A stretch of DNA of 64,000 nt from assembly GCA_020137815.1 (NCBI GenBank), contig CM035356.1:1984001-2048000 (forward strand), given 5' to 3'. Below, one piece after another: positions 36,101 through 49,216 of this stretch. This DNA comes from Hormiphora californensis. Lineage: Eukaryota > Animalia > Ctenophora. The notes under the pieces were generated by a model. That model was not told the origin of the DNA, made no database searches, and saw only the letters and a list, made by a program, of their open reading frames with translations. Position numbers and translations under genes: made by a program. Each line of letters starts with the position of its first letter. Position 1 is the stretch's first letter.

Positions 36101-38169
36101 TTGGTTGTAGTGAGATGGACCTGATTCGTGTTGAGTAGAGAGGGTAGTAGGAGCAAAACTTTCTGTTACTGAATCCTCTTCTTCCCCGAAGATACCAAAA
36201 TAATCCACCGTCTCAAAGGAGGAATTGGACGCTGCTGGAACCTCTTTCAATTTCCCAACTTTAGGTTCAAATGATGGCCCAGGTTTGGATTCTACATCCT
36301 GTTTAGAAGGTCCTGGTTGATCGTAGATGGTATCAAACCCATCAATTGACAAGTCAAATGAACTATCGAAGTCTCCCTCGGTTAAAAAAGGTTGTGACAC
36401 GGGTTGCTCAACCTTACCACTCATTCTTGGTAACTCCGGTTCCATTGGGAGGTCGCAAGTCAGTTCTGAATCTCTCACCTTCTCAAGCAACAAGTCATTA
36501 CTTTCAACCATCACCTCTCCGTTATCAACAACCACTTCTTCCACTACCTCCTCTACTACCACTTCGTTGATAATCTCTCCGCCATCAACAACCTCAACCT
36601 CCTCTAGGAAACCAGAAAGAAAAGTCTGCCTCAACGATCTCCCTCTCCGGCAAAGAAGTGGTTTTACAGTTAGTTGGTGCTTCTGAAACAGGCATTTGGA
36701 TATGATGAGGATTGTCCCCAGGTGATGGTCCTAGAGCTCTATCCACTTCTTCATCAACCAACTGAGATAGGTCCAACGAATCACCATCGTCATCACCTTT
36801 ATCACCATCATCATCACCATCATCACCATTAGTTTCATCTAGTACCAGTAGTATGGAGTCTAGTGAGCGGCAGTGTTGTGTTGAATTAGCAGACATGTCT
36901 GCTTCTTTGACATCTTTCGCAAACCGTAGAGCAGGTATTGTTCTGCTTGGAATGAGGTATTGGGGTAGATACAAGATGGGTTGACTGGTGGACTGGGGGT
37001 TCATTGAGACTCCTTGTGGCGGGGGTAGAGGAGAGTTGAGTGGGCTCATTTGGAAACCTTGGAGAGCTGTGAGAGCCTCTAGTTGGTACATTCGAAACAC
37101 TCTGAGAGCCTCTTGAAGGAGTAGACGACAGCTTGGGTGAAGGTGAGAACTCTGATCCAGCAGTATCAGCAGTTGAAGGAAAGAGGAACTGAGAGAACTC
37201 CTCATCAGTCCTAAAGATACTCTCATCATTTGATGATGACTGGGAAACATCACTGTGTTTAGTAAACTGTTGCTCAGGGGCGGTGTTCCTGTTAGTAAAC
37301 TGTTGCCCAGGGACAAGGTTCCTGTTCCATGCCGGAACGTTTTCCTTGAGATCATCGGTTATTGAGGCAAAGAGAGAGGGTTTAGTGCTTTGATTTATTG
37401 TCTTACTCCAAGATTGACGAGATGATAGGGAAGGAACTGATGCCTGTGAGAGAGCCTGAAAGGGAGTGTGGTGTGAGTTCTAACTGCGGTTGGAGTGACA
37501 ATAAAAAACATACAGAGAGACAATTACAAAGTCAAGAGTCTTGACTCAAGCTGTCTAAATACCTGGTTTTGGCGAAGTGCCCCCCTACTAACGGTTTGGG
37601 ACCTCAACACCCCACTTTCCTCTTCCTTATCTCTCCTCACCACCATGGCAGGTGGTTTAAACTTGGTCGACTTGAACACCGGTTTGTATCCCTGCTGTTG
37701 TTGCTGTGGTTTCCTGGGTTCTCTTGATGAGTTTCTAGCAGCAGCAGCATTTGATGAGGGTACGGGAACAGTTGATTTGTTATCTAACTCCTGCATATAG
37801 AGAGGAGAGAATCGTATTACAGTGTGTGTACATGAGTTGAGGACGTGTTTTTTGTGTGAGGTCCGATAAAATCATAATGCATGTTTTTGTGCCACGTTTT
37901 TAATTTGAGAAACTGTACTCTTTAGAGCTAGAGTAGACAAAAAGAGTCTCGAAATATAATCTTACCTCAATTAGAATCAGATATGTATCACTCTCGATTT
38001 CCTCTCCCACGGCAACACTATCCCGACTAATGAAGACACTCTCTAGAAACCTCCCTGCCTCGGTGTGTAGGGTGTGTTTGGTTTGGCCGCACTCCCTCAA
38101 CACCCCATCTTGCCACACTTTACTCTTCTTGGTTTTCTGGTGGGTGTATAACACACGGTATGACGTCAT
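30108..38169 (-). CDS. ZGRF1: ZGRF1 helicase (DUF2439 + disordered region + GRF zinc finger + Upf1-like helicase), multi-exon
   Basis: YRVLYTHQKTKKSKVWQDGVL; CPHG...KEGPNKGRGFYCC; VHGVFGSGKSYL; STTNVAVDNIL; GDPLQLPPT; ISTVDAVQGAE; RTNVALTRAKHHL. Confidence 0.9.
30956..32082. mobile_element. Non-autonomous DNA transposon with 26-bp TIRs and TA target duplication
   Basis: GGGTAGCCACTGGCTATTTGAAACAG...CTGTTTCAAATAGCCAGTGGCTACCC flanked by TA; subterminal TTTCAAATAGCC repeats; internal ~100-bp inverted repeat at 31516-31737. Confidence 0.85.
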
Positions 38170-38578
38170 AATGGTTACCTAGGCAACCCCAGGTTACTAG
38201 ATAGTGCTGTCATGTTGGGACATGGTTACACCAAACCTAGAGAAGATAGTGGGTTACTGGCTGGGGAACGGGGTATTATTGGTTCCTTAGTTACGAAAAC
38301 TCGAGATTTTGTAGGAAAAATCAATTGTTGAAAGCAGTGAACAAAAACACAATTTACATCCGATTTACTCTACTGGTTTTATCAATTTAACCAATCTCCA
38401 CAAATTACAATAAGTCTTTACAACACTCCACCCAGAACTTTCCAGAACATATTGCACCAATAATTAACCTCGAGATTAGGATTTATAAAAAGGAAGAGCA
38501 GGAATAAACAATGAGTAGAAGAATAAACACGTACTGTGTATACTGGCAAACATATTGTACACTTGAGTGGACACTACT

Positions 38579-38666
38579 CAGGAACCGACCAAATCAGGAA
38601 ATACTGGTCCCTGATTGGCTGATAACCAGTCACGTGACCTAAATAACGATTTCTGATTGGTTCCTG
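38579..38666. mobile_element. hAT-like MITE, 8-bp TSD ACACTACT
   Basis: CAGGAACC...GGTTCCTG termini with an exact 8-bp direct repeat; same family as 63707-63814. Confidence 0.85.
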
Positions 38667-38669
38667 ACA

Positions 38670-39839
38670 CTACTCATGATAAAATGTCTGTGCCTCTCGA
38701 TCCCAGAAAGCGATGGAAACGACAGCTCTCTGGTGAGCAGCGTACTCCTGTTTAGGACTGTCCGTCCTCAAGGAGTCCCACAATCTTACCGTCCCATCGC
38801 TGCTCCCGGTAAACAGAAACTGGGAGTCTGTAGAGAACTTGGCATCCCAGACCCACTTCTGGTCGGGGCAGGTAAAAACATGCCCAGCACCTAGCTCCCC
38901 CTCCTCAGTGACACCCCAGATCCTGGCTGTGGTGTCAGCACCTGTTGTGGCAAGGGTCGAACAATCCGGGGAGAATGTACACTTTAGCCCCCTGTCCTCA
39001 TGACATTGTTCAACGAAGGGGGCAGGAATGGCAGACAAATCAGCCACTCTCCACACCCGTACCATTCCCTTATTATCAATGGCTGCTAACTGTGTAGCAA
39101 TGTTATTAACCGCTATACTCTGGACACTACCAACTCTCCCCTTGTTACTAAATATCTCCTCACTCTTGTCCATCCTGAGATCCCAGAAGGAAACCATACC
39201 ATTACCCTGGCCAAGGAACAACAAGCTCTGGTTAGGGTGCAGGACTACAGAGTTAACTGGGCTGTCAAGTTTCAGTTTCCGTTGACATGCCGATGTTCTC
39301 ATGTCCCAGACACAAGTTAACCCATCCTCTCCGCCGGTATACAACCACTGTTTCATCCGCTGGAAGCCCACAGTGGTGACGTTCTTGTTGAGTTTATCGT
39401 ATGTAATGAAAGGGTGTTGGGACGATGCGGTGATGTCGTACACCCTGACCTGCTCAAAACCTGCCGCTGCTAGGTGCTTCCCATCGTGGGATATGTCCAG
39501 GGAATTCACCTGGAGGTGTTCATGTTAATGAGGGAGATAGGGAACATTTATGGGTAACGACTAACGACCGACTCACTGAATATCAGTGCAACTAAACGAG
39601 AGAGAGATTATAATTAGGGTACGGGCCACAGGGTAAGTATCATTTTATAGCGAAACTAGATGACCTAAAGATTCCCTAGGGCTGATGGCAGATTCCAGTT
39701 TGTAACTGGCATCCTAAAGATCACAGACCTGGCTGTCCCGGTGAAGAAGCGTCCGGAAGCAGGTGGCATTGAGGGGCGACCACAGCCGGATAGTAAAGTC
39801 AAACCCAGCAGTCGCTAAAATTAGATCTATCTCCGGCAT
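38670..39839 (-). CDS. MLST8: TOR complex subunit LST8 (WD40), 2 exons
   Basis: LILATAGFDFTIRLW...HRDSQ/VNSLDIS...LAAAG...WLYTGGEDG...LHPNQ...KWVWDAKFSTDSQFLFTGSSD. Confidence 0.93.
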
Positions 39840-40441
39840 CGCGATATTGTCATTCTCAACTAGGAGCTAAAACAGTACATAACATGATTATAACATTTCA
39901 AAAAAAGATAAAATTGTACATTAGGGAGATCTAGTACATAGGCACATTGTTGATGTATAATGAGATGTGGTTTTTACTTATGGGAAACTAGTGGCTGACA
40001 AGAGACAAGGTGATTCAGACAAACAAGCTTTTTATTTAATGCTTAACAGTAATATTATATAGCATTCAAAATATGATTATTTAAAAATAAAATAACGTAA
40101 AGTCGGATTTTTTGAAGTTGTAACCCCTTTTTCACACGGCGTCGTATTTGTGCGTGACAGCCCCCACTTGCTCTCACTTTTCGGCAAAAAGTCGCATATC
40201 ATCGGAAAGAGCATAATTTTGTGAGTCCGTAAAAGTTTTGTTTGACAAAATTGGTCAAGAAACAAAGGCGTGAGAGCCAAAACAAGTGTCAGCACTGTCA
40301 TTCGAAACTGGGAGCTGGTAACTGATACCTGTTTCCAATTTTTTAACTGGCGCCTAACTGTTCAGTGTTCGTTAACAATTAGTGTAATTCCAGTACTAAA
40401 GCCAAATAATACATTCTCAAGCTTTAGTAATTAACTAAAGG

Positions 40442-41996
40442 TTAACCTCTTTTTGTACAAGAGACCTCATGTTTCATCCTTGACGGATAAGAGCTAAACT
40501 TTTCCCTACAATAAAAACAATTATAGTCTTTTTTATCAGTGTGGGACTCAGAATAATGTATCTTTAAAGAATGAGCTCTACTATAACTCTTCCCACATTC
40601 CTTACATTTGAAAGGGACCTCACCGGTGTATTTAAGCTGATGTAATCTTAAATGAGATGTGCAAGAAAATGTCTTACCACAATTAGCACATTCAAAAGGT
40701 TTTTGTTTAAGTCCACTGTGAATATGTTTATGACGTGTTAAATCAAACTTACTCCAAAAGGACAAAGAGCAGGCATCACACTGGTGTGGTCGAGCTGGGT
40801 GTGAGGTTTTTATGTGATGATCCAAATCAGCTTTTGGCATTCGACTACCGCATTTATCTACCCGGCATGTCACAATAGTTTTACCAGAATGAACATTTTT
40901 TTGATGACGATGTAAATTCGGTTTCAAGGAGAACAACTTCCCACACTCTTCGCACTGGTATGGTTTATCTCCACTGTGAATCAAGCTGTGTGTCTTTAAA
41001 AGACTTTCCTTTTCGAACCCCAAAGGACATATTTTACAGCGGAATTTTCTCTCTGGATGGTCAAGTCTGACGTGTTCAAATAAGTCTTTTTCAGAAGATT
41101 TTATAACCGAGCAATCCTTAAGTAAACACTCAAAACCTTTTCTTTTACCATTTTCGTCAAGAATCACCCTTTTTTTAACTTCATTAGGATTGAGATGGTT
41201 CTTACGAATTGTACCCCTAGGTTGATACACCGAATCTGAAACTTGAGAGGAAGGTAGAGATGTCTCTACACTCTTGACCCGGGTAGACTTCCGAGGAGGT
41301 GGAACTGAGGCAGAGAGTTGTTTAGATGGTGGCTGGGGAGGAGGGGACTGGGACGGAAATGATGGCAGTGTTTCATCTTCACTAGAATCAGTAGTAGTAT
41401 CGTCCCCAGAATTCATCATATCAATTAAATTGCTAATTTCCTCTCCACTACTGGATTCAGAATCGTCATCTGAACAGGGCTCATCCTCAGAGGAATCATC
41501 TGAAAAGAAAATCAAATTTAGAGCGAGGAAAATGATTAAAACCAAAATTCAAAAAGAAAATGATAAGGTTTGCAGGAAACGACCGAAACAACAACAAAAG
41601 GCCCTTACCATCGTCTGAAGACACAAGTATTGGTGAAGCAGCAGAAGAATCAGGAATAGAGTCACTGTTACTTTTAATTTGACCTGATTTCATTTCTTCA
41701 GTGAGTTTAGAGGTCACTGGTTGCATCTCTGGCTCTTCCCCAGTTTGAATTGCTACATCCACTAACGTGACCGATTTAACAACCCGGTACCCTAGACGGT
41801 GGAACCCTGATTTTCCACAGTGATCACACAGTTGTGTAACGACATGTTTATCATTCACCATCGTTTCGAAATCTTTAGGTAAGGTGGGTGTCGTAATGGC
41901 AGGTTTTGTATCTTCCACCACAATATCCTCAGTTTTCAGTAGAGGTGGGAGAACTTGAAACCTTCCTTTATTGGATGTCTTTCGTCTTTTTGACAT
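40442..41996 (-). CDS. C2H2 zinc-finger protein, tandem copy 1 (2 exons)
   Basis: Exon 1 MSKRRKTSNKG (41996 to ~41610), acidic linker, about 8 C2H2 fingers with HSGDKPY/TGEVPF linkers. Confidence 0.9.
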
Positions 41997-42849
41997 TTTA
42001 CTATGGAAGGAAGGGTTTTAGATTAATAGTCAGAAATAATTAATGACTAGGATTTGGCTAATAAAAAAGCAATACGATACTACTCAGAAAGGGAAAGACC
42101 AGACCAGAGAAGGAGAAAAAACCAATACAGAATGTAAAGTTAGATTTTCAATGATGTAAACCGGGGGCGTGCATCCTAATTTTTTTCGATTTGTGTGTGT
42201 TACACCTACAAGTTCCTGAAAAGCTTAAATTTCGATATTGAAAGTGTTGGAAAGATAATTTTAAGACCTTTTCAATGCAACCAAGTTCAATTATTCTTCA
42301 TATGATCAGGAACCAAAGATATGATCAAAATGGTTTATCACAAACAAATCGAATTATGCAAAAACACTGTGTGTGCGCACTCCACAGTGCGCACCCCCAG
42401 TTCACATGATTAAAAATCGAACTTTAGAATAGTCGATAACTACATTGATCCCTCCTAATTATTGCATTTTTTGTTCCATTTGTTTGAACACACGACACGA
42501 CCTCTGAGCAAATACATTGAAAAACTGAACAATTTTTTCGTCCGATTTTTATGAAACTTGGTGCAAAGATAAAAACAATAAATACGTGAAAAAGTTACAC
42601 CTGTTCAGAGGTCGTGTTAACTGTTTAGAGGGTACAATGAAATGTAACAAAAATTTTAAGGGTTCGATGTAGTTATCAACTCTCCTAAGAGAAAACAGTT
42701 AATTAAAATGATAGGATACTAAAAATATTCCGCTGCAGAAGATACGTAAAATATAATATCCTTATTCCAGTACTATTCCAGTACTACAGCAAAAAGGTAG
42801 TATATTCTTTAGCTTTAGCACTGGGATAACACGGATAGGAAAGTAACAG

Positions 42850-44414
42850 TTACCCTCTCTTTGTACAGGAGACCTCATGCTTCGTCCTTAACTGATAAGA
42901 GCTAAACTTTTTCCTACAATAAAAACAATGATAGTGTTTTTTATTAGTGTGGAACTCCGTATAATGTTTATTTAAATAACTAACTCTACTATATGTTTTT
43001 CCACATTCCTTACATTTGAAGGGACGCTCACCCGTGTGTTTACGCAGATGTATTCTTAATTGAGATGCGTAAGAAAATTTCTTATGACAATAATCACATT
43101 CCAAAGGTTTCAGCTGAAGTCCACTATGTGTCCGTTTATGACGTGTTAGTTCAGCATTACTCCAAAAGGACAAAGAGCAGGCATCACACTGGTGTGGTCG
43201 AGCTGGGTGTGAGGTTTTTATGTGATGATCCAGATCAGCTTTCGGCATTCGAATACCACAATTATCCACCCGGCATGTCACAATAGTTTTACCAGAATGA
43301 CAATGTAAATTATGTTTCGATGCAAACGATATTCCACACTCTTTGCATTTGTATGGTCTATCTCCACTATGAGTCAAGTTGTGTCTCTTTAAACGCTGTT
43401 TATAGTTGAAACCCGTTGGACATAATTTACAACGGAATGTTCTCTCTGGATGGTCAAGTCTGACGTGTTCAAACAAGTCCTTTTCAGAAGATTTTATAAC
43501 CGAGCACTTCCTAATCAAACACTCAAAACCTTTTCTTTTACCATTTTCGTCAACAACTACCCTTTTTCTAACTTGATTGTGATTGACATGGTTCTTACAA
43601 ACAGTACCCCTAGGTTGATTCACCGAATCTGAAACTTGAGAGGAAGATTGAAATGTCTCTCCACTCTTGACCCGGGTAGACTTCCGAGGGGGTGGAACTG
43701 AGGCAGAGAGTTGTTTAGATGGTGGCTGGGATGGAGGGGACTGGGACGGAAATGATGGCGGTGTTTCATCTTCACTAGAATCAGTAGTCGTATCGTCCCC
43801 AGAATTCATCATATCAATTAAATTGCTAATTTCCTCTCCGCTACTGGATTCAGAACCGTCATCTGAACAGGGCTCATCCTCAGAGGAGTCATCTGAAAAG
43901 AAAAATCAAATTTAGAGCGAGGAAAACGATAAGTTTTGTAAATACAAAACTGATTAAAACCAAAATGCAAAAGGAAAATCATAAGGTTTGCAGGAAACGA
44001 CCAAAACAACAACAAAAGGCCCTTACCATCGTCTGAAGACACAAGTATTAGTGAAGCAGCAGAAGAATCAGGAATAGAGTCACTGTTACTTTTAATTTGA
44101 TCTGATTTCATTTCTTCAGTGAGTTTAGAGGTCACTGGTTGCATCTCTGGCTCTTCCCCAGTTTGAATTGCTACATCCACTAACGTGACCGATTTAACAA
44201 CCCGGTACCCTGGACGGTGGAACCCTGATTTTCCACATTGATCACACAGTTGTGTAACGACATGTTTATCATTCACCATCGTTTCGAAATCTGCAGGTAA
44301 GGTGGATGTTGTAATGGCAGGTTTTGTATCTTCCACCACAATATCCTCAGTTTTCAGTAGAGGTGGGAGAACTTGAAACCTTCCTTTATTGGATGTCTTT
44401 CGTCTTTTTGACAT
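42850..44414 (-). CDS. C2H2 zinc-finger protein, tandem copy 2
   Basis: Same structure as copy 1; short in-frame deletion in finger 3 (NLHCHSG). Confidence 0.9.
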
Positions 44415-45524
44415 TTTACTATGGAAGGAAAGGTTTTAGATTAGCGATCAGAAATAATTGATGACTACGATTTGGCTATTAAAAATAATAATACGATACT
44501 AATCAGAAAGGGAAAGACCAGATCAGAGAAGGAGGAAAAACCAATACAGAATGTAAAGTTAGATTTTCAATGATGTAAACCGGGGGCGTGCATCCTAATT
44601 TTTTTCGATTTGTGTGTGTTACACCTACAAGTTCCTAACAAGCTTAACTTTCGATCTTGAAAGTGTTGTAAAGATTATTTTAAGACCTTTTCAATGCAAC
44701 CAAGATCAATTCTTCATATGATCAGGAACCAAAGATATGATCGAAATGGTTTGTCACAAACAAATCGAATTATGTAAACACACTGTGTGTGCACAGTGCG
44801 TACCCCCAGTTCACATGATTAAAAATCGAACTTTAGAATAGTCGATAACTTCATTGATCCCTCCCAATTATTGCAGTTTTTGTTCCATTTGTTTGAACAC
44901 ACGACACGACCTCTGAGCAAATACATTGAAAAGCTGAGCAATTTTTTCCCTGCCCGGGTGAATGCCGAAGGCATTCACCCGGATGCCTTTTTGCTTTGCA
45001 AAAAGGCATAGCAGGGTTAGAATTCGAAAACGAATTAATCGGTAGAGGGACCTTTTTGGTCACACTTTAGTTGCGAGGGGCAACGGTGTAGCAACAAGAG
45101 CCGCGCACACAGTTACGAGCTGCTCCTTCATAAACCACTTCATTGGCAATTTAGTGCTACTAAAACACAAGGATTTGCTCTATACTGTTTGTGTGATATA
45201 TAAATGATCGGGATTTTGTGTCCCGCTTGCTGCTACAGCGGATCTGGTCATGATTTCCTTTCTTCATAGATTCACATGGCAGGGAAATTCAGCATTATGT
45301 TAGAACATAATGCAATTGATCTTGTTTCGTCCGATTTTGATGAAACTTTGTGCAAAGATAAACGTTCAATAAAAACAATAAATACGTGAAAAAGTTACAC
45401 CTGTTCAGAGGTCGTGTTAACTGTTTAGGGTACAATCAAATGTAACAAAAAATGCAAAATTTTAAGGGTTCGATGTAGTTATCAACTCTCCTAAGAGAAA
45501 AAAGTTAATTAAAATGATAGGATA

Positions 45525-46080
45525 CTATCAATATAGTTGTTTCAGTAGGCCACAAGAGAGCTCTATCGGCAAGGAACCGAGAGCAGATAGTACAACAAAT
45601 AGAAACACGTTGGTTTACAAACAAATGTTTCGATCTTGCGATCTCATCAGTGTAATAAATAGGAAAACAAAATTAAACAAAATTATCCGAGTATGCTCCT
45701 TCATAAACTCCTTCACAGTAAAAACTTCTTTTTGTGTCGGCATTTAGAGAGGATCTCTGTTCTAGAATTTAACAGCCGCTGGTCCCTCGATCTTCGCACA
45801 ATCTCTAGCTTTTCCGATGTACAGAGGTCGCATGTTGACTGGCCCACAGTGTAAGGTCTTCCTCTCCTCAAGATCTCCCACTCGATATCCCACGATCTTC
45901 CTTCACGTTTCAGATCCCAGATCTTTTCGGACAGCTTTTTTTTTTACTGTGAAGGAGTTTATGAAGGAGCATACTCGGATAATTTTGTTTAATTTTGTTT
46001 TCCTATTTATTACACTGATGAGATCGCAAGATCGAAACATTTGTTTGTAAACCAACGTGTTTCTATTTGTTGTGATAGGA
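45525..46080. mobile_element. Inverted-repeat insertion (about 130-bp arms) present only in the second zinc-finger spacer
   Basis: 45592-45724 is the reverse complement of ~45940-46072; absent from the homologous spacer at ~42715; an arm fragment recurs at 52306-52368. Confidence 0.8.
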
Positions 46081-46216
46081 TACTAAAAATATTCCGCTGC
46101 AGAAGATACATAATATATAATATCCTTATTCCAGTACTATTCCAGTACTTCAGCAAAAGGTTATATAAGTATTCTTTAGCTTTCGCACTGGGATAACACG
46201 GATAGGAAAATAACAG

Positions 46217-47762
46217 TTACCCTCTCTTTGTACAGGAGACCTCATGCTGCGTCCTTAACTGATAAGAGCGAAACTTTTCCCTACAATAAAAACAATTATA
46301 GTCTTTCCTATTAGTGTGGAACTCCGTATAATGCTTATTTAAAGAACTAGCTTTATTAAAAATGTTTCCGCATTCCTTACATTTGAAAGGACGCTCACCC
46401 GTGTGTTTACGCAGATGTATTCTTAATTGAGATACAAAAGGAAATTTCTTCTCACAATGATCACATTCAAAAGGTTTCAGCTGAAGTCCACCGTGAGTCT
46501 GTTTATGACGTGTTAGTTCAGACTTTTTCCAACAGGAAATGGAACAGGCATCACACTGGTGTGGTCGAGCAGGGTGTGAGGTTTTGATGTGATGATCCAA
46601 ATCAGCTTTCGGCATTCGACTGCCACATTTATCCACCCGGCATGTAACAATCTGTTTACCAGAATGAACAACTTCTTGATGACGATGTAATTGATATATC
46701 AATGCAAACAACATTCCACACACTTCGCATTGGTATGGTTTATCTCCACTATGAATCAAGTTGTGTGTCTTTAAACGCTGTTTAGTGTTGAAACCTGTTG
46801 GACATACCTGACAGCGGAATCTTCTCTCTGGATGGTCAAGTCTAACGTGTTCAAATAAGTCCTTTTCAGAAGATTTTAGAACCGAGCACTTCCTAATCAA
46901 ACACTCAAAACCTTTTCTTTTACCATTTTCATCAAGAACAACCCGTTTTCTAATTTGATCGTGATTGAGATGGTTCTTACGAATTGTACCCCTCGGTTGA
47001 TTCAGCGAAACCTTATCCTGGGTAGACTTCCGAGGGGGTGGAACTGAGACGGAGGGTTGTTTAGATGGTGGCTGGGATGGAGGGGACTGGGACGGAAATG
47101 ATGGCAGTGTTTCATCTTCACTAGAATCAGTAGTAGTATCGTCCTCAGAATTCATCATATCAATTAAATTGCTAATTTCCTCTCCACTACTAGATTCAGA
47201 ATCGTCATCTGAACAGGGCTCATCCTCAGAGGAATCATCTGAAAAGAAAAATCAAATTTAGTGCGAGAAAAATGATAGGTTTCATAATTATGGAACTGAT
47301 TAAAACCAAAATGCAAAAGGAAAATGATTGCAGGAAACGACCAAAGTCCAAAATAACAACAAAAGGCCCTTACCATCGTCTGAAGACACAAGTATTGGTG
47401 AAGCAGCAGAAGAATCAGGAATAGAGTCACTGTTACTTTTAATTTGACCTGATTTCATTTCTTCAGTGAGTTTAGAGGTCACTGGTTGCATCTCTGGCTC
47501 TTCCCCAGTTTGAATTGCTACATCCACTAACGTGACCGATTTAACAACCCGGTACCCTAGGACGGTGGAACCCTGATTTTCCACAGTGATCACACAGATG
47601 TGTAACGACATGTTTATCATTCACCATCGTTTCGAAATCTTTAGGTAAGGTAGATGTTGTAATGGCAGGTTTTGTATCTTCCACCACAATATCCTCAGTT
47701 TTCAGTAGAGGTGGGAGAACTTGAAACCTTCCTTTATTGGATGTCTTTCGTCTTTTTGACAT
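46217..47762 (-). CDS. C2H2 zinc-finger protein, tandem copy 3 (+1 frameshift in exon 1)
   Basis: Same structure; CCCTAGGACGG at ~47556-47566 versus CCCTAGACGG and CCCTGGACGG in the other copies. Confidence 0.8.
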
Positions 47763-48014
47763 TTTACTAGTGGAAGGAAAGGTTTTAGATTAGCGATTAT
47801 ACTGCCATGCTGGTTATGCCTAAGGTCACGACAGCGCCAAGCGGACAAAAGACAGAAATAAAAAAGTATTTTTCTTCGAAATTGTACAGATTCGATAACA
47901 AAAGTTACACTTAAAACTCAATCGACTTGGCTTCAATTTTGTCAAAAATTAAATTGCCCTTGGGTGTCGCTTGATTCGTTTATCCTGTGAAGAATCTTTT
48001 TGACTACTTCGCGA

Positions 48015-48869
48015 TCAAGAGCGCTGGAGGAGGGGAAGAAGAAACGCTGGAACTTCTGAAATGTCTGCCCATGTTTGGAAGAGTTCTTCCAAGTCGGTGT
48101 CAACAACATGCCAAGATATGTCTGATATCAATCGTTCCTTGCAGGGTTTTCCTAAACATAGAAGGACACGTTATTTTATCTATCCTTTTTCTCAACTGGT
48201 GTCACCAACTGGTTTTTTTTATCTAATGCAAAACGAGACTTGACCGAAGTCACAACATTCTGGCTTCTGTATGGCTATAAAACAGTAGTAAACACGATTG
48301 GTAGCACTGATTTAATACAACAAACCTTTTGAATCGACATCCACGTTAACAGTCCGATGCCTCATCAGAAAATCCTTTGGTGCTTCCTTATCCCCACTAG
48401 GTCCAACGACGACCATTCGAATACCGCCTGAGGTCCCCTCACGTGTTCCAGCCACCAAGACCCCACATTTACACCCCGATTCACGTGCAAACTTTGTCAG
48501 TGATTTAAAGTAAACCTTACTATTTCTGATGTGGTCCAAACTATACACCACAGCATGATGACTCCCACCAGTGACATCATCACTTTCAATAACTGGTACC
48601 ACAATTAGTTCTTCAAGATTTTCCAGAACCCATTCTACAATCTGACAGGGTAGGAGGAGCGATCCTATATTGATGTCTTGGGATCCAATTTTAACAGATG
48701 TTACACACCCCTCACAGATGACAATAGTAAGGGGAGAGGATGATGTGGTGGGGTTTTGAAGGAAAGGAGATAGCTGAAATGTGATTCGAGTTTGGAATGG
48801 ATGCTCGTGTATCTCCATCTCTCGTCCCTCTATATACATTGACCGTAACAGTTCAATGTCTTCTTCCAT
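48015..48869 (-). CDS. RWDD3: RWD domain-containing protein 3-like, 2 exons
   Basis: EEDIELLRSMY RWD start; LDHIRNSKVY...RTVNVDVDSK/GKPCKERLIS C-terminal motif as in RWDD3. Confidence 0.75.
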
Positions 48870-49216
48870 TGCCTTTACGTCAGTTCATGTTTATTTCATG
48901 GTTTTCTGATCATTTCTGAAAATCTTATAATTAAATCGGAAGGTTTGTGGGATGATTAAAGATTTTGCATTGATACATAACAATCAAAAATGTCACAACT
49001 ATGAAAACTCAGACTAACCAATTGAATCTCTGCTAGTATCGAAAATCAGAAATGATATTATAGGGCATACCGCACAGTATTATTAAATCATCAAATCAAT
49101 AATTAACGTCTCTTAGTTTTGATCTATATGTACTCGTATCATGGGATTAAACCCAATTGACTAGGAGTTGAGAGTTCTAAAGTCTATCATCGCCCCTCCT
49201 AACTCCACTCCCCGTA

